DNA of 63,564 nucleotides, counting the filler, from Phoronis australis (taxonomy: Eukaryota; Animalia; Phoronida), in NCBI GenBank assembly GCA_002633005.1. It is 6 parts of 6 records of this genome, joined end to end, with 100 filler letters (N's around TTAATTAATTAA, not from the genome) between each part and the next. Parts side by side here need not be neighbours in the genome. Positions count along the whole stretch, not along the records: positions 1 to 3,247 come from NMRA01003124.1; positions 3,348 to 31,741 come from NMRA01001190.1; 4 more parts are not named here. The stretch is one strand, 5' to 3'. The notes under the pieces were generated by a model. The model ran no database searches and was not told the DNA's origin. It saw only the letters and a list, made by a program, of their open reading frames with translations. Made by a program: the position numbers and the translations under genes. Numbering within the stretch: position 1 is the stretch's first letter; each line of letters begins with the position of its first letter. Below are positions 1-12,726 of this stretch, piece after piece.

Positions 1-1092
1 GGTGCAAATGAAGGCAAATCTATTGCGCCAATGAATGTGTGTAAAAATCTTGCCAAATGAAATTTGACACATAGTGCACACTCATGCCATTGGGCTGCTA
101 AATTTGTGGGGCATTCTTGTTTCCCTTGCCTTTTAATTTGGCACTGCATGAAATATTAAGTGTCACCTATTGGCCAGTTCCTTTTTTCGCTCAGCTGATT
201 CTTTAGTCAGCTGTTCTTCTTCCTTGAAGTTGCGTACATGTCACAACAAGTCAAAACTGGTTCATTTCTTTCTAAACTTTTAATGTTTTATATCAGCAAA
301 CCCAATTTCAAAACATTATTTTGCTACTGCAAAAACTGTCGTTTCCTCAGAGATGTTGCAAACACTTAAAGCAAATGGCACGTGTGCTTGTCATGAGTGT
401 ACTGTTTTCTAAATGACGATGAACTTTTCTTTTTTATAAAATGGTGGAGAATTAAGCAAGAAAATGACGCTTTTTACTTAAACGGCTCGCGGCTATAATT
501 GGCAAGGCGAGTGTCTGTTGACACACAGATTTCATTCATACCCACCGGTCGTTAGCTCTACATGTTCACATAAGTTTCACGATGAGGTGACTCGTAGAAC
601 TACCCGGGTTGTGTAAAATTTCAGGGTCTATTGGAGCTCAACACACAGTGGTTCATAGTCTGTCTGTATTTTGTTAATCTTAATACAGCTAGCTGGTTGG
701 TTACAGAAAGTTCAAACCCTACCCCTACAGGCTACTTCGAGTAATGAGTGAGTCACCTGGGAAACCAAACCGTATCTAACATCACTTGGACACATTCTTT
801 CAAAACCAGCCAAACTTTGACTCATCTTTATTTTTGTGGTTTCATTCGTAATACTGCTCCACTTGTCCTTGATTTAGACCAGAGTCCTCGAGCTCTCTCA
901 AACGCTAACATGAATCTGCCGCTGCCATATGGTAATTGATATGGCTTGAGTGAATCATTAGTTGATAACCTTGCATAACATATGCCCGGTTTTGACACAC
1001 TCTTTGAGTTTCAATATGTCGCCTAATTGGGTCATTTAGCACATTGTGATTTAATTCCTCCACCAGGTGGCAACCTATAGAGATCAAAGAAA

Positions 1093-1200
1093 ATGGCATT
1101 GAAGGGCATCAAGGTGGTTGAACTAGCAGGCCTGGCACCAGGTCCATACTGTGGAATGATTCTAGCTGACTTTGGAGCCAAAGTCATCAGGGTTGATAAG
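1093..1200 (+). CDS. AMACR: Alpha-methylacyl-CoA racemase (CoA-transferase family III), first coding exon only
   Basis: ATG at 1093 gives [36 protein letters not shown], the typical AMACR N-terminus, followed by donor AAG|GTAACA at 1200/1201. No further exons found before the contig ends at 3247. Confidence 0.9.
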
Positions 1201-1294
1201 GTAACATAGACTTGTCCATGGTAGCGTAACCGAGGGCTGCATAATCCAAAAAATGAGGTGAAATCTTTTCAGAATAAAAACTTATGCTGGAATT

Positions 1295-1572
1295 CATAAC
1301 GTAGAATTGTTGTGAGGACTTGAGAGGAACCTCAGGGGTCTCACACTCCGCTGATTTATCCACATTATTTTGAAAGCGCTTTGCCCAATCACACATTGGG
1401 TGCCATAAAAGAGACAAGCATACCTGCAGCTGACTTAGCAAGTAGAACTACTCTCGTTTATCACATTGGTGTAGACTCACAGTTGAACAGTGGTTTTCTG
1501 TTGACCCCAGACTGTCCCGAGTTTTACCCTGTACCAACTCCGGACGGTCTCTCACGACGATTTAGCGTTATG
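1295..1572 (+). mobile_element. 278-bp MITE, copy 1
   Basis: Imperfect ~22-bp TIRs (CATAACG...CGTTATG). Same-length inverted copy at 12449-12726. Confidence 0.8.
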
Positions 1573-2289
1573 GTTTTTTCCCAAAGAAATACGATAAATA
1601 TTTAGCTAAAGTGACTTAGTTAAAAATTTTTCATACCCATTGATGAAAGTAGTTCTGCCCAAATAATAAGGTGAAATCTCTNTACGATAAATATTTAGCT
1701 AAAGTGACTTAGTTAAAAATTTTTCATACCCATTGATGAAAGTAGTTCTGCCCAAATAATAAGGTGAAATCTCTTCAGTTGCATAACCATTAGAGACTTG
1801 CCTGGTTTCCCAATGGCACATTGTACGTGGTCAATGGATTTGTAGAATTGAGCGGTTCCAGATAGAAATCTCCTTTGTTACATTGGCCTCATTTTAGTAT
1901 TGTCGGGCTAGTTGTAGGAACCATGCCGCAAAACACCACATCCATGGATCCTTCTCAACCTTGTCTGAAAACTTTCTGCCATTGGGGTTGCAACATACAG
2001 CACAACAGTAAAGCTTTGCCGGCATTGGAAGGTCGAATACAGTTAGTACATGGACCTCCAACTCCATATATTTTCAGTGGACGAAATTTGTGATCTTACG
2101 CATAAGCCATGATATCACTATTCAATAGCGCCACCTGGCAAAATTAGCAAGTTTTACTTCGAATCGGGCAAGTATGTCGTCTGTTAATCTTGGTTGGTTG
2201 ATGTGTGGTCGGGTGCCAAAAGTACTCACGATACCAACAGTTCTATTATTGGAAGACTTTGAACAGCGTTTCAATGCCGAAATTATCAT

Positions 2290-3247
2290 TTTTATGCACC
2301 CACATATTTATACGTGGACGCATTATGCCGTCATCTCTGTCCGTCCATCCGGAGTCTCTCCGGCGTCCGTCCGCCTGACGTCAATCCGATGTCCATTGCT
2401 CTATCTCCAAAATCCTTTGACGTACGTTCATGAAATTTTGTACATATTTTCCTATCATGAATGGGACGGATTCGACTACGGGTGTGCCCCCTAGTGGCAA
2501 TTTTAGTTTTTTACGCTTACCTCTATATCTTTAAAGGTCCTAAATGTATTTTCATAAAATTTGACATATAGGCATTTATTAGTGAGATGACGCTATCCCC
2601 CCATTTTTGGATGGATTTGACGTAGTTTGTGCCACCTAGTGGCCATTTTTGCTATTTTCGATTCTGTTTTTTGGCGTCCACCCCTCTATCAACCAAACGG
2701 CTCTAAACATGATTGTGGAAATTGTCGTGTATGTTTTTACTACAAAGCTGATGATCATATCCAATGACTTTTACCACTGTGGCGCCTCTTAGTGACAGTT
2801 TTGTTTATTTTTTTTTGCACCCATGGCTGTATCTCCTAAACCGTTTGCAGCATTTTTGCTAAATTTAGCAAGTTTGTTTATATAACGTTAACAACGGATG
2901 ACAACAACTTTCGGACTTATCTGACCACCAGTGTGCCCCCTAGTGGCAATTTTCATTTTTTAAGTTTACCTCTGTATCTTCAAATGTCCTCAACGGATTA
3001 TCAGAAAGATTGGAATATAGGCATTTATTGGTGAGATGATGCTATCCTCCCGCTTTCAGATGGAATGGAGGAACTTTTGCACCACCTAGTGGCCATTTTT
3101 CCTGTTTTCAAGTCATGTTTTTTGGCGTCCACCCCTCGATCAACCAAACCATTCTGAGGATGACTTTGAAAATTGGTGTATATGTTCTCAGTGTGGAGAA
3201 GACGGTTGACGATAATGCATTTGACTACTGTAGCGCCGCCTAGTGGT
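2290..3247 (+). mobile_element. Helentron-like non-autonomous element (HINE/DINE-type), family A copy 1, truncated by contig end
   Basis: 5' hairpin ATGCACCCACATATTTATACGTGGACGCAT, (GTCC)n microsatellite, then ~150-bp repeats each containing CC(A/C)CCTAGTGG. Homologous to 15683-17349 and 48600-50444. Confidence 0.75.
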
Positions 3248-3347
3248 NNNNNNNNNNNNNNNNNNNNNNNNNNNNNNNNNNNNNNNNNNNNTTAATTAAT
3301 TAANNNNNNNNNNNNNNNNNNNNNNNNNNNNNNNNNNNNNNNNNNNN
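3248..3347. other. Artificial 100-nt contig spacer; also at 31742-31841, 52634-52733, 56167-56266, 60774-60873
   Basis: Identical N44-TTAATTAATTAA-N44 five times. The palindromic core gives stop codons in all six frames. Confidence 0.97.
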
Positions 3348-3423
3348 CCATGCACTGGTATATACACCATGCACTGGTATATACACCATGCACTGGTATA
3401 TACACCATGCACTGGTATATACA
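3348..3423. repeat. 19-bp minisatellite x4
   Basis: Unit CCATGCACTGGTATATACA. Confidence 0.9.
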
Positions 3424-4208
3424 TCCATCTAATAGAAGAGTACAGTTAAGAGGAAACAAAAGCATCATCAACTTACCATAAACCTTTTATCTAGTCAATG
3501 ACTTTAAAATGGAGTTATGTACTCCAAATTCAAATTCATATCAAAGAAAAAACGTAAACAACAAAACTACAGTTCGTAAAATTTTGTTGACTTGTTTGCC
3601 TGCAGCAGATTGGGTTTTGTGTCACATTTCAAAATCTTGGCTCAATTCCCAGTCACCAATTATCAAAGCACCACTGTTGCATCTAGAATGTGACATTAAT
3701 AGGCCAAATACCCCCTACCCCATTTTCATTAAAATGGGCACAGGAGATAAAATTGATGGTCTAGAGACGTGCAAATTGCTAATAGTGCAAATTAAAGTCT
3801 TTATACACCAGTAAAACACCCATTGACAATGTATGTTCCCACAGCACTGGAAAACCCCAGAGAAAAATAAGTCTATACACACGCAACACTAATAAAAAAG
3901 ATTGCAACTTTCACACATGTGATGCCAACGTCGATTAAGTCCAAAAATCTAACTGTTCAGCTGCAATGTATTGTCTTCCTATGAAGTGGACACTCTCAAG
4001 TGTTTTGGTTTGCGAGTTCATTATTCAATCATACTTGGACATGACAGTCAAGCCTATGTTTTCTCTCTTATTTCCTGCATTCGTACACTTTTGTTAGGGT
4101 CAATACTCTCACGTCAGTCAAAATTTAATGTTCTAAGTTGGCACTCAGCCAACCCGGATTCTTTTGCAGAAACTGTACAACATCGAGCTCATGGGTTCGT
4201 CCAACATC

Positions 4209-4295
4209 ACCAATATATAATTAGGTAGAATAAACACCAATATATAAATAGGTAGAATAAACACCAATATATAAATAGGTAGAATAAACACCAAT
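4209..4295. repeat. 27-bp minisatellite, about 3 copies
   Basis: Unit CACCAATATATAAATAGGTAGAATAAA. Confidence 0.85.
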
Positions 4296-4392
4296 TCACG
4301 TGCATGTAAATATACAGGAGAGTGGTTTCTAGAAATATATCCATTGGATTGTCAGTCCAAGCTCATTCTTCTTTTAGAGCCAAATTTAGGAG

Positions 4393-4581
4393 CTCAGATA
4401 GCAGATATTGTCAGTAGGAATCCACTCAGATAGCAGATATTGTCAGTAGGAATCCACTCAGATAGCAGATATTGTCAGTAGGAATCCACTCAGATAGCAG
4501 ATATTGTCAGTAGGAATCCACTCAGATAGCAAATATTGTCAGTAGGAATCCACTCAGATAGCAGATATTGTCAGTAGGAAT
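4393..4581. repeat. 32-bp minisatellite, about 6 copies
   Basis: Unit CTCAGATAGCAGATATTGTCAGTAGGAATCCA. Confidence 0.95.
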
Positions 4582-5310
4582 ACAGTACTTTGAAAGGACC
4601 ACAGCTCATTGCACGCATATTTGTTTTGGTGACCGAGCCACGTTATCACCAAAATCCCTGTCAGGAACTGGATCATCCGTTCTATCAGAATCTGGGTCAA
4701 CGTATTTACCTAGAACATCTCTCGGTTTGTAAAATTAGCCAGTCTTTTCAGGTCTTACTGCGGCAGACGACATGGCTCAATGTGTCGAATGCACATGTCG
4801 TTTCACAAGGGAAGATTGAGGAGAAACTGGCTGTCCAACAAGCTCAAATTACTCCCTTGGAAACGCATATGTCGCACACTGCCACTGTCAAAGCAAAGAG
4901 TTGTGAATGACACGGCAGTTTTTCGCAGAAGGTAATTATACTTATTGAATCAACCACCTCCTCAGAAATCAATGAGATGAGCTCAATTTCGATTGGCTGA
5001 TGACATGAGAAATGCACCAAAAGAAACCAATAGTATTCATCTACATGAAAAATGCACAAGCAACACCCAATAAGATTGGAGTATGGCAACCAAAGTTTGA
5101 CCTAAATTGATCAGCAGAGAAAACTTTTGAACAGAGTGGTTCTTTGTCTTGAATGATCAAGTTCGCGACTTGAAGGGCAAAGAGTGCGAATTCTGTCAAC
5201 ACTATTCCCAGAAATGAATCAGGCAAATGTCTGGACTAATGTAAAATCAATCGCATAATCTGAAAATAAATCTGACCGAGTCCGATGGCCGACAATTAAC
5301 AAAATCTCTG

Positions 5311-5534
5311 CCTCCAGCCCAGTTGGCCCCTTGTACCCCTCCAACCCAGTTGGCCCCTTGTACCAATCCAACCCAGTTGAACCCCCCATTCCCCTCCAGC
5401 CCAGTTGCCCCCTGTCTCCTCCAGCCCAGTTACCCCCTGTCTCCTCCAGCCCAGTTGCCCCCTTGTCCCCTCCAGTCTAGTTGCCCTCCCTGGTACCTTT
5501 TAACCTAGTTGACGCCCTGTCCCCTCCAGCCCAG
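5311..5534. repeat. ~27-bp C-rich degenerate minisatellite
   Basis: CCTCCAGCCCAGTTGCCCCCTGTC-like units. Confidence 0.85.
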
Positions 5535-5727
5535 ATAAATACTTCTCTCCAAACCTGCTTAGACTTCTCCAATAATTTATTCTCTTCCTCCACTGTCATT
5601 TCATGCAGTTTCTTTTCTTCCTCGATCATCGTCTCCGTGACAACATCATCAGCTTGCATGGTGTCAAGACTTGACTCATCCAACATCTCAGGCTATAACA
5701 CAAATGTTCATATCTGAGACATCCAGT

Positions 5728-6170
5728 CAGGCCTTTATCCAGGATTTCGAAAATAGGGTGTCCAAAATGGGGTTCCCAATATTCCAGGGCATCCATGATT
5801 CGGACGCATAACCCCCCCACCCATCCCCCCAAACACACAGATTTTTACAAAAAATGCATAGACCAAGGTTTTTACATCTAAGTTTACAAAACAGCCTTCT
5901 GTAATGAGCATTTTTACTTAAAAAAAACTATAAACCAAGACTTTCACAATGCTATCAACCAAGTGTGAGCATAGCAACACTGTATATACTTTGTATATAC
6001 ATTGTATATGTCTTCCTACTTTGAAAAAAGAGCCACCACTGTGAGTCTTCATAGGCTTCCTAGTAATCATTACAATGTGTGTGTCCAAACTTGAAAGGTT
6101 TCTATTGATAGTGGGCCTCCAAATGATACATTGGGTGTCCATATTAGTGCTAGGGCTGCATAAAGTCCTG
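5728..6170. mobile_element. hAT-type MITE inserted in a 30-bp minisatellite
   Basis: TIRs CAGGCCTTTATCCAG / CTGCATAAAGTCCTG, flanked by an 8-bp near-direct repeat CATCCAGT / CACCCAGT. Confidence 0.7.
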
Positions 6171-9100
6171 CACCCAGTGCATCAAATGTTCATATCTGAG
6201 ACACCCAGTGCATCAAATGTTCATATCTGAGACACCCAGTACATCAAATGTTCATATCTGAGACAACCAGTACATCAAATGACCAGCCAGACACTAAAAC
6301 CTGTAACTAGTTTATAACAAATGTCAAATTTGCAAATATTACAAAGCATTACCAGAATTAAATGTTATCCACTGCCGAGAATCATCAGGGCTCGACATAA
6401 CGAGCTGCAGGTCGCATTTGCGAACTGAAATTTGGAAATGCGAGCTGAGATTTTTGTCAGCTCGTGTCAAGTCGCAAAATGCGACCTGGAATTTCCCACG
6501 AATGCGAGCTGAGTTTTTACACTTCTCAACAGATACCTGGCAAATACAAAGCAGCTCTTGTTAATCCGACCGTTATTTGGTTGTTGCCAAATCCAAGTTC
6601 AAAACAACACTAACGGAGAACAGCCCTCCCGATGACTTGTAAGCAAGTCGCGTGAACATGGGATATGCAGAATCGATCTTTGACGCGTTTCATTGGCTAA
6701 CACTTTCGGCCACTTTTGTAAATTTCGTGGTGGACAAAAATGTTTATTTTTCACATAAGATGTCCTTATTACATGTACCAAATATCCACGACAATATCCC
6801 CGATATCGCACTGCGGCACCGTTAGCGCGCAAGCAGTTACGGCAGACAATCGTGACTTAGACTGAGATGTGCTTCTCCTTTTTATCGTATTAAGACAGCC
6901 AAAGTGAAAATGGCAACCTTATTGATCGCCAAACGACGGTCACGTCTTTACTTTCAGTTGCCAAGAAATTCTCAAACCCTTTACTTGTTTCTGGGGCTAC
7001 GTGCGCCAAATATGATTTGTCTTTCACACGTTGCTGCCAACGTAAAGTGTAGACCTACTCCAGGGATTCAAGTGCGTGAACTCACGTGTGCGAACTACTT
7101 CAAAGAACAGCGACAGTCCTAAATGAAAGAGTATACCAGCTTGGCTCCGGTTTATTTGAAAATAAACTCAGATTCCCAGCGGTTATAAAAGACCCGATGT
7201 CCCGGGACCGATATAACCCAGAACTGACGTTTTCCTGTTCCGATGTTTCCCGAGGTCGATGTTCTGTAAACCCTGTATTCTATGCCCGTAGCCAGCTATT
7301 GCAACTAAACTGGCACTAGATGCAAAATTGTGGTCCAAGATAGCGAACTTTTCATTCTTCTCTTTATACACCCCCCTCCCCTCCGGCAACTTTTCGCTCC
7401 CCGAACCACCGTCGCCGTAAAATGTTCAGACTCCTATAGAAACAACCTTGTTCCGGCTGAAGCGGGCAGTTAAAAACAAATTCATTCCGGGTGGCTAAAA
7501 AGGGTACAATGTAGGTGGTAACGATATCCAGAAAGTCGCCCCTACTAGATGGAGTTTGCCTCGCAAAATCATAATATTATAACGTTTCTTACTATTGCAG
7601 CGTTTTAATATCTTATTACCGCAAACACTGAGGTTAACGACTATGGTCACGCACAAGCCTACTCCCTACCTTTAAAGTGTTTCATAATAAGCGCTCACTG
7701 ATCTATTAAAAGTCCCCCCTTAAATTTTGAGAATTTCCAATGAAGCGCCCACAGTTCAAGCTGGCGCCCATCATAGCGCACTACAAACGACCGCGTGTGA
7801 TTTAAAATTGTCACGCAGCTTATATGGTGTGTCACTTTCATTTTACANTTCAGTACTAGACTCATAATTAGCAACATATCAGACCCCAAACTTTGAAGTA
7901 CAGAGTGGACCACTGGCTTTTTAAAGTTTACATTCAAAAGAGAAAGGCACAATGTGACAAAATCAATGTGACACAATCAAAATCATAAATATGTAGTGCC
8001 AACCTTGTTAGGAGACTCCTTGCCCGGCGCATCTTGGCCGCCAGTTACTGTGGATGAACACGCATCCGTCCTACAAATAATGTGACATATGAACATCATT
8101 AGGGTGAGCAAACCCAAATACAAATTTCATCAGAAACACTTGAAAAGAGTGTTAAATGATAGCTTCAGACATGCCGTTTATAAAACTTTTTGAATTTTTC
8201 AAATTGGTTCAGTGGTTCTCGAGTTATTTGAATTTTAGAGCCTCAAAAATGGCCTTTTTTTCAGCGAACGGCACCCAGAAATTTCAGGCCACAGAAAATG
8301 GCAAGTTTAGACAACTATATTTGGGAATCCATAGCTCACAGTGCTCTTAGAACAAGATGGAGAGTCCTTTGCAAGTAAATTAACAACATGGCATAGACAC
8401 CAAACCACAAATTATTATATTTTGCATGAACAAGAACAACAAAAATTGAAAAATTCACCATCGACTTGTGACCGGACATTTTTGGCCCTGAAGCCAAGTT
8501 GAACAAGTGATGTTTTAAAAAGAGAACAACTTATTACCTTGAAAATGACAAAACACTTCAAGAATTACTATGGTTTAGTGAACACGTTTCTTTTGCCCCA
8601 AAAGATTTTGAAATAATTCTAAAAAATGAAATTTGCATAACAAATGAATTCAAAATGAGCAAAAACTAGAAAACTAGTCTTTTTCAGAGTATTTCGTTAT
8701 TTATTTAAAAACTTGTGAGGTTATGTAAATTAATCTTTTTTCCCAAGTAAGATCAATGTTTTCACAATCTTATGTTGCACACAAAATGACAAAAAATAAT
8801 AATATGCATTTTTAATTAAATAAAATTAAATTGGACCCTCAATTTCAATGAATTTTAAATCGGTTTCATTCCTATCAAATAGTATAGAAACTGAGAGGTG
8901 TTGTGTTGGTGACTATCCAAAAAGAGCATATTTGTATTCTAAAATGTTTTGATGCACTGTAGCGTTGACTGAACATTTATTTTGGTGAAATATATAATTC
9001 TCTAAAAATGAAACTGGTCACAGCGCCCCCACGAGGTAGTAAAAGTGTAACAAGAAATATTTTTGAAGAAAATAGAAAAAAATGACCCTATCCCCAAAAT

Positions 9101-10391
9101 TGAAGTAAATAAAATTTCAAAACTATTCTATTTTAATGAAAATATTTTACCAGGTTTGGGCCACTTTTGTAATTTAGAGAAGTTTTGACTGGTTCTGTTG
9201 AATACATTTGACCAATCAGGTTCGAGTTTAGTTTGAACCCTGGAAAGGTCAACATGGTTCTTGAAAAATGACTGAAGTTACCTTTTTAGAAGTGTTCCTA
9301 AATGGAAATGGTGAGATAAAGTGAAAAAATTTGATCAGGAATGGATTAGGCAATGATAAGTGATTATGACATTGAGTGTACACTTTCAGGATTTTTCCAG
9401 GTGAGAGAGTGGCGAGGCAGTAAATTCAAAAAAGTACATTTTCTCATATTTTTGTCAAAAAATAAAAAGTGTACACTCAGAGTGGAAAGCAGAATTTTGT
9501 AGCATACAGTTTGATATAGAAATCATTGAAATCGGTTCAGTAACGGCCATTTAAGAGTTGAAAGTTTGACCCCTACTGAAAGTCACAAGAATTTACAGGT
9601 GAGTGAAAAATTTGTGAAGTGCTCGCTTTACTTCAATTTTTAAAAATACTCATTAATGTCCAAATTTTTTGTAATGGATAGCAATAGAAAGAAGAAAACT
9701 TAAATATTTCACTGGCATACTTTTCATTTTCTATGTCCACATAACCTTGTATATGGTCAATCTCACCTTGCCAAGCGGTGTCACGTTATCCTGAGAGGAA
9801 GGTAAGTATACGATGCAGCGACGCGAGTGGTTCTACACAGTTTAGTGTGCGCCGCTATGGTGTGCCGTATCGTTCATGGTTCTGCGAGGAAAGCATCTAC
9901 ATCGTTTTTTTTATTTCCTCACGACACCAAAATGCTTCAGAAGTGGCTGATGAAAAAGGAACAGCGCGTGTTGTAGAAAATCGCCGATAGATAGCGCTAG
10001 ATATAGTAAGTTCCCTGAAATGGCTGCGATTTCACGATGCGTGTGGCTAAAGTGGACCGAGTTCGGAATGGCGTAGTTATAGACTAGAGTAATTGAGGGT
10101 CGTGAACAGGATTTGTACAGATAGCCAGAAGTCTGAGGAATGCAGCGATACCAATATCATTCATTTAGACCTACATTTAGTGGATTTATTTGGAATAAGT
10201 TAGGGTCCATTATATCGGATGTTGGCACATTTTGTATTATATTTAATTGAAAATACTACGGATTGTTGTAAATTCTTTGCTGAAATAAAGATTTACCTTC
10301 ACGGAATTGTTCTTTTACTATATCTTGTCACTGAAAGCCACATTTATGTTCCGACTGATCTTCAAAAAACACAACAAGCAAACCTTCGGAG

Positions 10392-10987
10392 AACCTAAAT
10401 ATCGGACACCATGTTTCTCCATATGCCACACTGCGGAAAACTGACTAACCATGTAATGGCCGCGGGCACCTTGTCGCCAAATTTCAGCTAGAGTGTTTTG
10501 ACATATATGCTGCTAGAACCCAGGTCCATTCGCAACAAAATTATCCATAAAATGAAATCTGATGACGGCGCCAAGTCGCTTCGATGAATTAGTGCAGACG
10601 ACTAAAGCACGTGCAAACTCACTGCAGTTTTTAGTATCACTTAGGCTTCTTGATATGACACCCACACGTGCGCGGTCGGGGTTTGACTTGAGTTTAAAAA
10701 CAAACGAAAAAATGGAACAGTGACATATTGTCAGTTCAATGAGATGGTGTCATTGTGGAAAAAGATTTTATTTTCAACTTTTATAACCGATTTATGAGAT
10801 CGTCCATTTTAGGCCGACTTGGGGGTCTAAATTGCACCCTCTCGGTGAAATCAAAACGAGGCAACGCTGTAAAAAAAACGAGACGGTGCCGGACATTGAA
10901 TGCATTACAACGGAACAAAAATTGGTGTCATTTAATTCTCAGATTATGCTTCAAGTAAGATTCTATGAAATGTCCGATATTTAGGTT
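10392..10987. mobile_element. MITE-like segment
   Basis: 17-bp perfect inverted repeat AACCTAAATATCGGACA / TGTCCGATATTTAGGTT. Confidence 0.6.
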
Positions 10988-12448
10988 CCGTCCGATAATT
11001 AGGTACACTATGTGTAAACTAATAGCCTACTGAACTTGCTGTTATCGAGTGGAACTACACCACCTAATTAGATACAAAATACGTTGTTTTTTTGCACACA
11101 AAGTCAAGAGCTCAGACATTATGAACTAAGAGCGCAGGTCACGTTTAGCACACCCTCTGCAAGTTCGCCATTTTTAAAGTCATGTAACACATTCACCAAC
11201 TTCGTTACGTTACTCGTCAAATTTTACATTTCGAACCCTCAACTGGACGACAAAATTGTCAAAGCAAGAACTGTGTGTTGGATAGATGTGAATTTACACA
11301 ATACTCACATATCCGATTCCAAAATGCTGGGCATCTCCAAATGAATTATGTAAAAGCGTGGCTTTACGCAACAACTTTCTTGTGATTTTCCCGCCAAGTA
11401 AACATCCACCAGGTGGCGAGCGCAGCGCTCTGCGTGAACTCTCGCTGGTTCCCTGCGTGCCGCTAGGTGGGGCGGTAGCCGCGCAAGCACGCAGGCTAGG
11501 GGACCAGCGTGAACTAGTTACCCATTTACCACGCAAGCCAACACCGCGCTCGCTGGTTCCTTACGTGCTGGCTACTACATAGCAGCAGGCGGAGAACCAG
11601 CGAGGTGCACTGAGATGAGCAGGGTGCCGTGAGTAGGGATGACGTCATAAATATACCTCTGATTCTTACGCAAGGTGTCGCTGGTAAAAATAAACCCGGA
11701 AATATAGAATTTGGAACTCGGCCTTGCTTTGGCTGAGCCAGATTGTTCATGTTTTGACTGAAACCAGCCTGAAAATGGAGGCCATAGGAAAGAGAAACTT
11801 GATTCGTATGCTCATTGATTTGATCATTGCTGCTATAAGTACGTAATAGCTGTTTGATTGTCGTGTGGTTGTCATGCCATGGACAGTGCCGCTGTTTGTG
11901 CTGTGTGTTCCAAGACACTGACTTGACTAGTCAGTAGTCTATAGTTCATTTTTTACTAAATTGTCTCAACTTGCAAACTTTGAAACTTCCACACCCATCA
12001 GTTTAGTCGAACTTAAGACAAAACTCAAGTCAAAAACTTGTCAAGTACTTTCTTCGAATGAACTTCAGACAAATTGAAGTTAATGTTATCTTAAAATTGG
12101 CTTAAATTTAAACATTAGGGCGTTTTCCTGTTCTTTCCGAATACACCAATTCACTCTGAGTTTGACTGTGTTCACTCGTGGTCTGTAATAAGCCTGGTAG
12201 ATAAGTGGCCTGCCTGTTGTCATAACAGACAAAAGAGTGTGATTGGCAGTTAACAAAGAGCTAGATGTTATCACTTGCTCAGAACCCCCTACGTCTGGCG
12301 ATGTCACTGAACGGGAAAACGCTGTCATGCATGTTTTAGCCAAGCCAGTTTCCTTGGATGGGGTCACTGCTTAATGTCAACTACAAGATCAAGTATGCGT
12401 GAATTTGGAATATACCATGAAACTTGGGAAGTTCACTCAAATAGTTAT

Positions 12449-12726
12449 CATAACGCTTAATCGTCGTGAGAGACCGTCCGGAGTTGGTATATGGTGCAAC
12501 TTGGGACAGTCTGGGGTCTACAGAAAACCACAATTCAACTGTGAGTCTACACCAATGTGATAAACGAGAGTAGTTCTACTTGCTGCGTCAGCTGTTGATA
12601 TGCTTATCTCTTTTATGACACACAATGTGTGGCTGGGCAAAGCGTTTTCAAAATAATGTGGATAAATCAGTGGAGAGTGAGACCCCTGAGGTCCCTGTCA
12701 AGTCCTCACGGCAATTTTACGTTATG
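12449..12726 (-). mobile_element. 278-bp MITE, copy 2
   Basis: Reverse-complement homolog of 1295-1572 with identical termini. Confidence 0.8.

Noticed and set aside
1590-1773. Perfect ~92-bp direct duplication
   Set aside because: The two identical copies are separated by a single N, typical of an uncollapsed contig overlap.
4393-4581. CRISPR-like array (also 18905-19188 and 62883-63067)
   Set aside because: Units are head-to-tail with no unique spacers, there are no cas genes, and the context is eukaryotic. These are minisatellites.
4844-5226. Possible transposase remnant (LPCHSQ)
   Set aside because: Only a short motif-like match with many stops; cannot be supported without a profile search.
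5323-5717. Pro-rich, Ser-rich and Glu-rich ORFs
   Set aside because: Largely explained by a C-rich minisatellite and low complexity; no recognisable domain.
9930-10012. Candidate PLPP first exon (IALDI followed by GTAAGT)
   Set aside because: An in-frame stop lies immediately upstream, and the phase does not match the phase-1 acceptor at 13216.
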